A DNA stretch of 53,360 bases from Octopus bimaculoides (Eukaryota), in assembly GCF_001194135.2 (NCBI RefSeq), contig NC_068986.1, forward strand, positions 47,397,158 through 47,450,517, written 5' to 3'. This document shows, one piece after another, positions 1 to 13,926 of the stretch. The notes under the pieces are model-generated. The model saw only the letters and a program-made list of their open reading frames with translations, was not told the origin of the DNA and did not search any database. A program made the position numbers and the translations under genes. Numbering within the stretch: the stretch's first letter is position 1; each line of letters begins with the position of its first letter.

Positions 1-26
1 TATATATATATATATGCATACATATA

Positions 27-357
27 TAGGTGCAAGAATGGGTGTGTGGTAAGTAGCTTCATTACCAACCACATGGTTCTCGGTTCAGTTCCACAGTATG
101 GCATCTTGGGTAAGTGTCTTGAACTATAAACTCAGGCTGACCAAAGCCTTTTGAGTAGTTTAGGTAGACAGAAATTGAAAGAAGCCCGTTGTATATATGT
201 ATGTAAATATGTGTGTTTCTGTGTTTGTTGCTCTAACATTGCTTGACAAACGATGATGGTGTGTACCCTGTAACTTAGCAGTTCGGCAAAAGAGTACCAA
301 TAGAATAAGTACAAGGCTTACAAAGAATGTCCCAGGGTCGATTTGTTTGACTAAAGG
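27..357 (+). mobile_element. tRNA-derived SINE family A copy
   Basis: Head ...tggtaagtagcttc..accaaccacatggttctcggttcagttcc; shared body ...ttggtagacagaaattgaaagaagcc...gttcggcaaaagag...gactaaagg, matching 17860-18280. Confidence 0.85.
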
Positions 358-971
358 ACTGAACCTTGGACTCCTACCTCTACCCGGAATTCTTCACTGT
401 ACTCGTTGCCAACCATCACCTTACTGACAGCATCTCTGTACATGGCTCACACAGCTCTCACTAACCATGCATATATTTACATGTGTGTGTATTTGTGTCA
501 GTGTTTGCATTTATGCCCCTGTTACTGAGTAGTTCAGTAAATAGTAATTGATGAAATAAGTACCAGACATAAAAAAAGAAATTGAGTATTAGAGTCAACA
601 AACATATGAAGGCAACACTCTTGCATGGTTGCTGTCCAATGACTAAAACCAGTAAAAGAATAAAAGAATGAAAGATGTAAAATCTGTGTTGAATACAGAT
701 TCTTACTGAACACAACATCTGGGATTGGAATAATTTCCTTTTGCATCTTTTTCCCTATTTCTTAATTGCAAATTCAAGCTTTTTAATCCTCCCAAATACT
801 ATGAAGGAATGATTATCTCCCTTCAATAAACTATCTAACACCACATATTTGAATAACAATTTATAAATAAATTGATTGCTAATTCACTGGCCATTATATT
901 TTTTAAAAAATGGATGCAAAATCAACTTTAGCATGTGTCACTGGATATCTAATTTTCTTTTTTATATTTTA

Positions 972-1440
972 GATGCAAGTATCAGTGTGAAGTTAAAAGT
1001 TTGCTTTCTAACCATGTAGTTTTAGGTTCAGTCCCATTTCCTGACATCTTGGTCAAGTGTCTTCTACTGTAACCTTGGATCAACCTAAGCCTTGTGAATA
1101 GGTTCAATAGACTGAAACTGATTTAAGCCTGTTGGGCATGCACACACAAACACACACACGTGTGTTTGTGTGTGTGTATGCTTCCATATCTTGACATAAC
1201 ATGGCTGTAAATGAGTGTCACTGTCATACAAGTGGGGTTATTCATTTCTGGTCTCCTTTGGAAATATGTCCAGTCATGGTGGAATATTTACTTAGCTTGG
1301 AAACATGTGAGGGCTGATGATGTGAAGAGCGTCCATGCATAGAAAATCAGACTCAACATATTCCATCTAACACATGCAAGCATGGAAAATGGGATGTAAA
1401 ATTGATGATGATGGCATCAACAAAGATGATGATGATGAAT
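972..1440 (+). mobile_element. SINE with family A-type head and alternative (B) tail ending in (GAT)n
   Basis: Same head, then a tail ...gtaaatgagtgtcactgtc...catgcaagcatggaaaa...(gat)n that recurs at 14600-14850, 18350-18630 and inverted at 8040-8455, 11100-11220 and 24360-24780. Confidence 0.75.
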
Positions 1441-3621
1441 ATCTTAGACAAGGTTTTGTTGAAATGTAAAATTCTTATATGGAATTATTAGTTAGTTTGA
1501 ATTTTTGTCATTTTGTTTTGCAGTCACTTCATTGTCATAAAGTCTCAGATATTTTAAAGAGTTCCATAAGACTGGTTCCATTAACCCTTTGCCTACTAAT
1601 TACGCTCTTTTAATTTTGTGACCATGTACATTTGTTCACTAAATAAATTACTACATTGATTTAAGGCATATCACTGGTGACTCCTGTGATACAGAAAAAA
1701 TATTATATTCATTCTGTACTGTATGATCACACACATTAAAGAGTGTTAAAATGTCTATTACACCTCCATTTATGGAATATTTTATCATTTATTCATGATT
1801 TTTTTTCTGAAGAGCATATTTCAGACTATGTTACGTATGCCTTAATGGCTTCACTTTCACAATTTATTATTTTTTTTATTAAGAACAGTGCTTCAGTGAT
1901 GGTGATGATAGTGACTTGCACCCACTGGTATTGAACCTGATGCCTAAACTTTTGACGAATTCCATGTCTCCATACCAATTAATTCTAATTTGATTCCAAT
2001 CTAAGAAATACAAAGAAATATGTATTCTGTGCATTTCCTAAAATTCAAATAATGTAGTATGAACCATAGCAGTATGTGGTATCATTAAAATCATCCCCAT
2101 TGGATGACACTGGTGAATCCCATCATTGGCTTGGGAACAGGGGCTACAGGGGGTGCAAGCACATCCCTCTAAAATTTTTAGGGGTCAATGAAAATGCCTT
2201 GAACATCCTCCTGAAAAACTTTATTTGAATCATTATTTTTCCATTTTGGGATTTATGATTTTATTGATGTACAAATATAATAATAATGATTATTATTACA
2301 CCTGTTTTCGTTTTGATATTAAGATCTCAAAATAAACTAGTTTGTAAAAAATTTGGGCCTGGGTTTGCAACACTCTAAACAAATCTCATTCTTGCACTTA
2401 TGACTCCCATGAGATATTAAGAAAATAGCATGGGGAGTCACCAGTCACTTCCATGATTGGCAAAGTGTTAAAGGAATTGAAACGAAGTCAGTATCAGCTC
2501 ACCTAACCATAAAAATAATGCAGCTAACTAGATTTTGGAGTTATTTTAGCAAGTTAGCATGAAATAATTATTGCTGACAGTTTGTTGTTCTCTTTCCGCC
2601 ATATATTGCATAAAAAAATCTGTTTACTTTCTAAATTTAGAAGCACCAATCTGAATGATGGTGGTGGCTATGAAGAAATTTATATGAGAAGCATTGATAG
2701 AATATATATGTTTTGGAGATGCTAAATGGAATCTCTTAGATTAGCTGGACATCAGTACTGGCTGTATAAACACATACTTTCAAAAATCACCTCAAGTCTG
2801 ATAAATTCTCTTCTTGAGAAAAAATATACTAGAAAAAATATACGAAAATAGCCTGCAAAGGAATATGCTGTTTTATTTTATATTTCATTTTATATGTTGT
2901 GCAATATATTTTTTTTAATGGCTATGTTTGTTTTTTAGTAAGTGCTAATAAGAGAAAGTAAAAACAAACAAAAAAGAAATTGGTGAGGTTGTTTTTTTTG
3001 TATTTGTGTTTTCGAAACTCTCCATCAAAGCACCAATACTTTAACCTCAAATATAGGGGGAGATAATTAATGGGGAACAGTATTCTGAGCGTATATTTTT
3101 TTTCTAAAGCTTCAAATTGTTTTTTTATAATTTTTATTTTTTTCATTTATTATTATTATTTCTTTTTTTTTTTTGGATAGTTTTTCCACCACCAACCATG
3201 CTATTATGTTGCATTGTTTCTCGACTATATTCATGAGCTGAAGAAAGAAGAAGTTAGAATGTAACAGTTGCAAATTTGACAGATAACAACTGAGTTTACC
3301 TCTCTTTTACTCTTCTCTTTAACTACAGTATATGTTACTGCTCTAAACTCTTCTTCCAACAGCTGCATTAACAGTTTTAACATCTTTTATAAATGCACAA
3401 CCAGCCAAGAACAGACACTATTTTTCGTTCCTATTTTTCTTATTTTCTGGGGGGTTTTTTTTTTTTGCCTTATATCATTACTTTTATCTAAAGATTGCAG
3501 TTTTTTTCTTTTTTTTACCTCTTATTCTCCTTAGTCATCTTCCTTTGTCTTATCACCTACTTCCCACTCCTATTTAGAACAAGCTCTTGATCAGAAGAAT
3601 TTTTTATTTTTTATTTTGCAG

Positions 3622-3672
3622 CTAGCTAATTAATTACTTGCAAGAGCCTGCTGACATAGTCTGAGTGATTAG
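3622..3672 (+). other. Candidate non-coding (UTR/lncRNA) exon
   Basis: tttttattttttattttgcag| ... TAG|gtgagt; stop codons in all three frames. Confidence 0.35.
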
Positions 3673-4179
3673 GTGAGTTGGAAATGATTATGTTGGAAGC
3701 AAAGTGAAGAGGCTTGTTCATCAAGGTGGACTACAGTTACTTGCAGTCATTTGTGATTAAATCAATATGTTGAAACTTCGATGTTTAGCTGGAAAATAGA
3801 TGAGCAAAGAGTGTAGCTGAGAACAGTAATTCCAGTGCCTTTGACAAATACAAATGTGCTGTAGGAAGGCAGTATTGATCAGGAGCCATTTAATGTGGAA
3901 GTGGCAAAAATCTGGAAAGGAAAGGAGATTGGGTGGGAAATTTGTGCTCTTTATGAAGCTACTATCAGCAATGCTTATGATTTGGACTCGATCATATTAT
4001 GACATGCATAGTCCATCATAAAAATTTTTTATCTTCTCAGTAGTTTTTGAAATGGGAATGTAAACACCTTGTCTTCTCATTTGTTTGATAGATTTACATA
4101 TACTATAAAAAACATAACATGATACATATGCACACATGTATATATGTATGTATATAAATGTATATTTGCATATTTAAAT

Positions 4180-4215
<36 letters not shown>

Positions 4216-4527
4216 CTGTGTGTGTGTATATATCTATACACACACACACACACAGTATGCTTAATGGCATCTCAACTGTCTTTGTGTTCTGAGTTCAAAC
4301 TCTGCTGAGGTCAATTTTGTTTTTATCCTTTTGGGGTTGATAAATAAGTACCAGCCAAGTACTGGTGTCAAATGTAATTGACTTACCCCCTCCCCCAAAA
4401 TTGTTGACCTTGTGCCAAAATTTGAAACCAATATTACAAGATTTTCACACACTCATCTTCATGATATGAAATTCTATTGGCATTATTTATAGCAGGTAAA
4501 TGTAATTTGTGTAAACTTTATTTGCAG

Positions 4528-4641
4528 AACTTCTGTAATTGGAAGGAGAGAGAGCAAACAATAATCTCAACCTCAAAACCTATATTGTAAGCTTGCAACA
4601 GAGCAGATCCTACTGAAGACACTCAAAGTGCTGAATTAAAA
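4528..4641 (+). other. Candidate non-coding (UTR/lncRNA) exon
   Basis: ctttatttgcag| ... AAA|gtaagt; stop codons in all three frames. Confidence 0.35.
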
Positions 4642-5029
4642 GTAAGTCTTACATCTAAGTAAGCCATGATAGGTTTGGATTCAGAAAACCAAAAAAGCTG
4701 TCACAAATACTACATGGTATTTGATCAAGCAATCTTACAATTCTGCCAATTCATCATTCTGGATTGTTAAAACTTCATCAACTCTGAAAAAATGAAAAAC
4801 AATGTTGATCTCAATGTGATATGAATACAGAGCCCAGAGAGTGGGATCAAGTACCACAAGGCATTCTTTCCAATATTCTTAAGACTCAACAGAAAAAAAA
4901 ATACTTAAGTAAATATTTAGAAACCTCTGAACCTTAGAAAACCACCTCATTGGTACAGATGCATCATCACCATTCTTGCTACTGTAACATCTGGAGTGGT
5001 TGAAGAATATGTAGTTGTATTACCTTTCC

Positions 5030-5392
5030 GCTTTCACTTGTTTCAGTGACTGAACTGCGGCCATACTGGAGCACTGTCTGAAAGAGTTTAATCAGGCAAA
5101 TTGACCCCAGGACTTATTCTTAAGTCTGGTATTTATTCTTTCGGCCTCCTATGACAAACTACTAAGCTACAAGGACCCAAAGCAACCAGAACTGGTTATC
5201 AAACGGAGATTTGGGCCAAAGACACACACACACATGTGTGCATGCATGCACATACATACATATATACATTGGTTTCTTCATGTTGGTATGGGTTAGCTGA
5301 GCACATACAGGGTGGGTAAAAATTGACACAGCAAAACATCTGACATTTTATTTATATTATTATTATTATTATTATCATCAGTATTGTTAGTA

Positions 5393-5423
<31 letters not shown>

Positions 5424-5625
5424 GGCGGTGAGCTAGTGGAATCATCACCACATAATACATACATGCAAACAGACAAAACAGGCATCTACACAGTTCCTGT
5501 CAACCAAATTCTCTCATAAGACATTGGTTGGTCCAGTGCTTGGAGACACTTGCCCAAGGTGCTGCACAGTGAAACTGAACCCAGAACCATGTGGTTGCAA
5601 AGCAAGTTTCTTAACCACACACAGA
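5030..5625 (-). mobile_element. SINE family A copy interrupted by a 185-bp insert (5265-5449)
   Basis: Tail at 5030-5260 and head at 5450-5625 are colinear with other family A copies; the insert sits in the central (TACA)n tract. Confidence 0.75.
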
Positions 5626-7201
5626 TTTGTTTAAAACAACAAATATTCAGAAAACAGTAGGAAAACAGGTTAAATACCTGTACCCCATTCATTGAGACAT
5701 GCATGAGTAATTTTGTCATTTATATAACAGAGGAAATTTATTATTGTATGTTAATTCAGGTTTAATGTATTTGCTCAGGACAAATAGATTGAATGCAAAC
5801 AAATTACAACCATACCCTCGAGTGATCATAGCAAATCTTCAATAGAAATTAATACTTCTCATTTGGCCAAAACAACCAGATAATATTACCATGAGATAAT
5901 GATATTATAGAACATTATCACCTAAGCAAATAAATATTATTTTCTCAAATAGTTAGTGCCATGGAAGAAAAATGCCAACTCGCATTTACTCTTCATTTCA
6001 CCTTTATGCATGTAACTATATGGTTAAGTTACTTAAACTCCAAGAAAAGTCTATGATTCAGTTTATACTTGGAACCAGTATCTTTCACATATGCTGCTAA
6101 AATTTGTTGCTTTTTATATTATCATATTTATATTACAATATTCTACCTTTCTTACGATTAATTTTGTTAAAAAATGAGGATTTTATTAAAATAAATTTGT
6201 CATTAAATTTTATGGAAAATGTTACTTTAGATTTCTTTAAAACAGAGAATTCATATTATAGAACCAAGGTCACTTTCAGTTGGTTTAGTATCAGGAGGGT
6301 TAATACTTTTGCTACCAACTTGTCTGTAAAAGGTTAAACCTTTTGATATTCAAACCTGCCTGAAACAAGGTATAAATATCCGAGTTAGATAAATTGCTGA
6401 GAAGACAAGACATTTGGTTTCAGTTCTCACCTGAAGTTAATCTACTTTAACATATATCATATCTAAAGCTTCCAAAAACGGAATGAATATCTCGTCATGT
6501 CATTTAGCTATGCCTAAAAATTTGTTAGCTTGTGATGAAGGCAGAAATTAAAATTTATTCACCAGACAAGTTGATGAAGTGTTATGGATTAAGCTGAGAG
6601 AGACATAGACATATGTCGACATATAATGTCTACATGGTCTAAAAGAGATTTTCTGAAGAAAAATCATAAAAAACAGAAAATCAATGGGTCATTTTTCTTT
6701 TGCTTTTCTTTTTCTCTGGTTTTGAAACAATGCTGATAGTTGGTGGAATTAGAAAATCTGATGAATATATGCAGAAGAAATAGTAAAGTTTGATTGATTG
6801 GAAAACAAAATTGAAAGTAACAGCTATATAGAGAACACCTTATGTAGTTGAGGCAGAGTGACAAAATAAAATATATCTTTTATGACTCACTATCCAAAAT
6901 CGGTATAAAGATAGCTGAAATCCAAGTTTAAAAGCAGCTAACTAAATCTGGTGATATGTATGTAAAGCATGAAAAAACCAAATTTTTTTTCTCACATACC
7001 TTGGCAACCATTTTATTAATATATATTGTTGATGATGGACCCTAATTTTTACACATTACATCCAAGATGTTTTCTCCATTAATAAATGACAAATGTACTG
7101 ATGCATGTCTGACTAGAAGCAGTTCAAATGTCTAAGAGATTACTCTTTTTACTTTTTTATCTTTTACAGAAAAAGAAAAAAAAAGAGCTTGATGCTAAAG
7201 A

Positions 7202-7236
<35 letters not shown>

Positions 7237-8039
7237 TTTTTTGTGTGTGTATATGTATGTTTGTTTCACATAGCATATTTCTACTTAGACTTCAGCAGGT
7301 TTGTTCAGGTTTTCATTTCAGAACCCAAGATATGCTTCTTTGTTGACACTATTTCTCTTACAGCGTCATCTTGTCATCTGTAATAGACAATGTCAAAGAA
7401 CATGCATCCCCTGCTACATATAAACACACAATGTTAAGCCACATAATCTTCACATACATACACACTGTATTGATTACTTTCAACTCATTCTGATACTACA
7501 GATTCTCTGGTTTTCTGCCATTTCCTTTCTTCCAAAGCAGTCTTTTAGTGGCAACAAACTCCCTTGATAATTTCCAAACTCTGAAGCAGGTATACATCCT
7601 GATGGAAATATACATGGATTTCTATAGCAAAACAAACAATTTTATGCCAATTTTCAAAAGTAGACATTTGTAAATTTCTTTTGAGGCTAAACATCTTTTT
7701 TTTTAACACTATCATGGATTGGAGGTAGTTTTTCAAAACTGTCACCTGGCTGTTCATATTTATTAAAATGCATCTGTAAAGTAGAAGTGGAACCGAAGTG
7801 AAGTAACTAGATTTGTGTATTTTGTCAAGAGACAGAGCACGTTAACTTTTACCACACTGCATTTTCTCTAGAATTGTTTCCCCTGCCACTGCCCTGTTAC
7901 TACAGGGGACAAAACTCATACAGTGACATGATGCACCTACCGTGTGCTAAAGGTTAACTGCAATAAATATAACAGAATTTGTGAACAGTTGACTAATCAA
8001 ATAAGAATTGTCTGTCTAAATTTATCATTATCATCATTA

Positions 8040-8455
8040 TTTTTAATGTCCACTTCTTCATGCTTGCATGAGTCAAATGGAATTTGTTGAAGCAGATTTT
8101 CTATGACTAGATGCTCTTCCTGTTGCAAGCACCCACCAGCTTCTAAGTGAAATATTTTCTCATGTTTGGACATGTTTTCATGGAAGATTGAAAGTAAAGA
8201 ACACTGCTTTAATGGTGGTGATGCACTTTTACAGCTATCACGTAATGTCAAGACAAGGAGACACAAATACAAAGACACTCATGTACACACATTGCATACA
8301 CAATGAGCTTCTTTCAGTTTCCATCCAACAAAAACACTTACGAGGTTTTAGTTGACATGGGGCTATTGTAGAAAATACCTGCTAAGGTGCCATACAGAGA
8401 GATTGAGCTTGAAAGTACATTGTTGCAAAGCAAACTTCTTAACTACTCAGCCATA
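8040..8455 (-). mobile_element. SINE (A-type head, B tail)
   Basis: Reverse complement matches 972-1440. Confidence 0.75.
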
Positions 8456-9220
8456 TACTCTCTCTGTTGTAAGTTGTTCACAAGTAATTACTAAGTGTTT
8501 TTAATAGCCATTGGCTCTGAAACCCTCATACTATCGTTTGGATTATTTTGTACCAAATCATCTAAACAACTCCATATCTGGTTCTGAAATCTCGATTTTC
8601 TTTTTTTTTGTTTTTTCTTTGTATTTTGACTTTTTGATTTTTGTTTCATGTCAACCTTTGTCACAAATTGCAATCACAAAAATCAATCATAAATTTCATT
8701 AAACTGTCCTTTTGTTTCTTAATGTCATGAATTGCTGATGAACTTGTGTAATATTCACAAACACCAGTATTTTGTTTTTAACCTCAGTTCAAATGCAATA
8801 TTATTCAAATTTTGGGAGGCATGTGAGAGTTACAAGCTTTGTTTTCCTAACTTTTCCAACTGAATTTTTCTTATTAACATTGGAAGAGATTCTCACTAAG
8901 ATACATAAGTAGATTAAAGCAGATATGAAATATGTTGGTGCTGGCCTCTGTTGTTTTCAACTTCAATGCAAGTAATGTGTGTTTTTCAAAAAGCTAGCCA
9001 ATAATTTGTACAAACTTAACTATCCTCCTAAAAAGAATTGTGAATATCACAGAACTTTATGGTATACATATAGTATGTGTGTATGTGTAAATGTTTGTAC
9101 AAGTGTGCACATGTGTGTGTGTTCATACGCTTGTGTGTGTGTGTCTGTGTGTGCTCGTACTGATGTGTGTTTGATGAGAATCAAAGTGTTTGCAATAGTT
9201 CACATGGAGTGGTTTATTAA

Positions 9221-9436
9221 CCCTTTAGCATTTAGATTACTTTGTCAAATATAATGTTTATTCACATTGCTTTGAATTTATCCTGCATTATCTTGTAGCC
9301 TTGATATTTCAATTATGTGATTATTTATTTTAAGACTAACATTGTAGGGTAGGTGTGAGAAGCTGGATTTGACCAGTTTGAACATAAAACAGGTAGAATA
9401 CTTTGGCTAGTTATGGCCGGTTTAAATGCTAAGGGG
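9221..9436. mobile_element. TTAA-flanked (piggyBac-like) MITE
   Basis: TTAA at 9217-9220 and 9437-9440. Terminal inverted repeats ccctttagcattta / taaatgctaagggg match at 13 of 14 positions. Confidence 0.8.
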
Positions 9437-10148
9437 TTAAAATAATTACACAAGTTCAGCAACCGATTTTTCAGTTTTCTTGCTTACCTGCATTATGACA
9501 GCTAACTGATTATAAACAGAGTTGACAAAAAACATAAATGGCCCAATGAAATCTAATATACATAGACAAGTAAGATTCAACATAGACCAGTAAAATCCAA
9601 CTTCTGACACTCAAAAAAGGAACTGATGCCACTTAATAGTAATAACAATAGCACTGTTTTGAACCAAGCAAATTAAAAATTACACTTTGAGCATTTTTTT
9701 GTTAGCCAATCCTGTACTTCAGAATATAAATGGCCAAAATGTCAACCTGTTTATAAAAAATGAAATCACCTCAGAACTTAAGAAATTTCTCAATAAGCAA
9801 ATAGCTATACTCAAGGAGTTCAAACATATGTGCAATTTGCCTGTCATCATTCTTTGAACATTACATTATATTATATTACTTGTTGGGTGCACATTGTGAG
9901 CCATGTATTGATAGATGGATAGATAGACGTTTATATAAGCCTTTTTACATACACACATATAAGCATATCTAAAATGCATATATAGTGTACTGTTCATTTA
10001 TTGATAAATTCAGCAGAAAAGTACTCAATCCAGTGAGAGATAAAGAGATAAATATCATTTAAAGAATACAAGAGCTATACATGAGTTACATTAAATTTCA
10101 TGCTTGAATTGGGCAGTAATCACAGTTTTATTGTGTACTAAACTACCA

Positions 10149-10483
10149 GTGACCCGCTGGGTCACCAATAGCTCAAGGTACCTGAAAAGACTGCACATCT
10201 CAAGAACCCGTGGTCCAATTTATGTGAAACTTGTTTTATTCCATTTGTATTCACATTTCAATGTTATCATACTTTCAGAGTATTTTCTCATTATGTGCCA
10301 GTTAGGCTTTTTATAAAGGTGTTCACAGTAAAGGACAATAACTCCAGGTTTCACTGCTTAAATTTACAGAAACAAAGCTGAAAAACTGCATATCTCAGGA
10401 ATCCATGGTCTGATTTACACAAAACTTCTTTTATTCTGTTTGTATTCACATTTCAGGGGTACCTTACTATGAGAGTATTTTCC
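10149..10483. repeat. Palindrome plus two degenerate ~105-bp direct repeats, 196-bp period (HINE-like core repeats?)
   Basis: gtgaccc-gct-gggtcac at 10149-10165; units 10182-10288 and 10378-10483 align (ctgaaaa.actgca.atctca.gaa.cc.tggtc..attta...aaactt.ttttattc..tttgtattcacatttca). Confidence 0.6.
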
Positions 10484-11540
10484 TATTATTTGCCGGTTTG
10501 GCTGTATAAAATTACAAACAAGAATTGCATGCAAGCAAGCACACATGTATGCAAGCAAGTAAGCAATCACAGAGTTTTAGTAGTATATAAATTATGTGCA
10601 ATCTGGCAATCATTCAGGCTAAAAAAGCATGGCTATTCCATGAGGAAAGGTAGAGGAAAAAAAAAGTTACAAGATAGAAACAAAAAGAAGAAAAATTACA
10701 AGGAAAAACATGAAGAAAATATTAGCAAACACTTTAAGAGAAAAGGACAATGGTCCCTTCAATCAATACAAAAAGAATATTGTTAATGTGTGCTTACATC
10801 TAAAAAAACTCTGACTAGTGGGATAAACAAACGTGTGAGAGGCTAAAGTGTGTTAAACTATATGTCCAAGTCAGTGAGGGAGCATCTTCCAGTCTGATAT
10901 CAGAAACTTATCAAGATGCATATATCTTGTAAAAATCTCTGATCTTGAGTGTAATAGGTCAGTGTAATCCTTAGATCTAATAAGGACATGTGTTGTTTCA
11001 GTTATATGCAACTTGTGTTTTATTGATAACTTAGCGTGAGGCCTAGATCTCTTTATGATATTCTGCATGTTCTTAATATCTATTTTTCCATGCTTGACTA
11101 GGTCAAACAAGATGTTAAGGCAGGCTTTTCTATGGTTGGATGCTTTTCCTGTCGCCAATCCTCACCTGTTTCCAACCAAAGTAACATTTTTGTTAGTCTA
11201 TAAAACAATGCACAGCTTGGACATGATTTTGTAAAGAATGTCACTATTTGTGCGATTGGTACTTTGTTTATAATCAGCACACAAGACAAAGAGAACACAC
11301 ACTCAGTCCTGTGAACGCGCGCATGCGCGCACATATGTGTGTCTTTGTACCTCTGCTAGTTCCTCCCCCACTGCTTGACAACCGGTATTGGTTTGTTTAC
11401 ATTCAATAACTCAGAGATTTAGTAAAAGAAGCTAATAGAATAAGTGTACAGAGGCTGATTTGTTTCACTAAAACTGTACAAGGTGGTGCCCCAGCATAGC
11501 CATAATTCAATGACTGAGTGAAGTAAAAAATAAAATTTAC

Positions 11541-11577
<37 letters not shown>

Positions 11578-13180
11578 CATACATAAGTTTTTATATANNN
11601 NNNNNNNNNNNNNNNNNNNNNNNNNNNNNNNNNNNNNNNNNNNNNNNNNNNNNNNNNNNNNNNNNNNNNNNNNNNNNNNNNNATATATATATATATATAT
11701 ATTTGTGTGTGTGTGTGAATGCATGTATGTATACACACATGTATTTATAAACACACTTACACACACACATGCACAATACAATACACACTCATATACAAGC
11801 CACACACACACATACACACACAAACACACACACACACAAANNNNNNNNNNCCCCCGCCTTCCATTCACATATATTGTTTAATGAGATGATAGACAGCTTC
11901 ATGGTGTTCTGATGTAACCTGAACCATCTAACGCAGTCTTTGACTTTCGCTATTAGCAATTTCAATGACATATTTAGAGCAAGTCTTGTAATTGACCTCA
12001 CCTTCACTGTCACTACTCTACCGTCCATCACACAAACATAGGGTTCAAGTTTGTTGTACAAAATTGCTATCATTAAATCTGTTTAGCTATTAGGCCAAAG
12101 CATGCCTGTGTGTACATATGTGTATGCGTGCATGTGTAAGTGTGTGTGTGTTTTCTCACATATGCTTGTTTTATTCAGCGTGTGTTTTTATATGTCTTCC
12201 TCCCCCCTTGCTTTTCAACTCTCTACAATTTCAATGCAAGAATCACCTAAATATGCTTATTTAATGGTTGGCATTAAGGTCATGATGACTGACTGATATA
12301 GTTTATATATGTAATTCTGCCACCAGCCGTTCAGAAAAGAAAAAGAAAACACACACATAAATAAAGCAAAAGACAACAACAAACATAAACGAAAATTTTC
12401 ATTAAACACTGCTGCTGCACTCTGTCCAGTTTCTGCTGCCATTGTGATTGCTACTGCTGCTGCTGACGATGATTAGAATGATGGGACTGGTAACAGTCGA
12501 TGAGGTTGATAATGATGAGGGCTGATAATGATGAGGGAGTGGTAAGTTTGACAACAAAATGGAAGTGCTACTGCTCTCTGACACAGCAGTAACATCTAAT
12601 ATTGATTTGTAGTAGTAGTAGTAGTAGTAGTAGTGAAAGTAGTAGTAGTAGTGAAAGTAGTAGTAGTAGTAGTTGTTGTTGTTTAGTACCAGTTTAAGTC
12701 TAAGCAGACAGACTTATGATGACAGGAAATCTAGCCGTGACCATCCTGTCGTTTTGCATGATATATACTACATCGACCAATTTGCCTTTTCATTTAAGAC
12801 AGATGGGAGATTTGACTGCTGTTTCTAGCAACTTGAAGCTATGTTTATCTTCCATCGGTTTGACCTCTTCCTACTCTGTCGGATTAGCTTTGGGGTAATT
12901 TTAAATGGATGGTCAGAGGTATGGTCTGAATGTATTACTGAAATCAACTTAAATGGGTTCAATCTCTCATATACATATCCGTCTGTCTGTCTGTCTATTT
13001 ATCTATCTATCTATCTATCTATCTAGCCAGCCAGCCATTCATTCATTCATTCATTTATCTATCCTTCTCCATGGCCAGACAGTTTTTCACAGAAGGCTGG
13101 AAATGAACAACCTTGCTTATATGACAGTGATGTTCATTTTACAACCATCATGTAATTTTAGATAAGGGTAAATACATACT

Positions 13181-13257
<77 letters not shown>

Positions 13258-13889
13258 GGTCTTCTTTCAATTTCCACTCATCAAAAGGCTTTGGTCAGCT
13301 TCAGGCTATAGTAGAAGACACATGTCTAAGGTACTGCACAATGGGATTGAACCCAAGACCACATGACTGGGAAACAAGCTTTTGAGCTACACCTACATCT
13401 ATCTGGCTATTTATGTAGATAGATAGATAGACAGATAGACAGGCAGTCAGACAGACAGACAGATAAACAGACTGACTGACAGGTTCTTAGAGTGGAAAAA
13501 AGAAAAAAGGGAAAGAGCAGGATCTAATTCCAGTTCATGACTGGCACTATATTTATTGAATTTGGAATGATGAAATGCAAAGTTAGTCTTGGTGTGATTT
13601 GAACTGAAACTGTAAAGAGCCAAAAGAAAAATCAGATGTTTTGTTGCTGTAACAATTCTGCTAATTGATTTTCTATCCTGTACTGGAAATAATTCAATCA
13701 ATCACAAAATTCTTTTAAAATTAGGCTGGCATTGAACCAATGTAAGAAAGATTATTATTACTGGCCATTTGTTGTTGACAGACTTATATCTGTGCGGTTC
13801 TATATCTTTCCAGCTCTAACTATCCTGTTCTTTTCCTAGGCACAATACAAGATGCTCAAATCACATTATCCAATATGTATATATATCTT

Positions 13890-13926
<37 letters not shown>

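Noticed and set aside
6995-7790. Several splice-site pairs on both strands with short open frames (also 707-798, 11850-12080, 21330-21990, 27490-27710)
   Set aside because: No recognisable peptide, no consistent phase chain, and candidates conflict between strands.
11403-11868. Long ORFs in the track here and at 36089-37089, 46375-46937 and 50802-51335
   Set aside because: They read through N gaps and (TA)n/(CA)n; artefacts.
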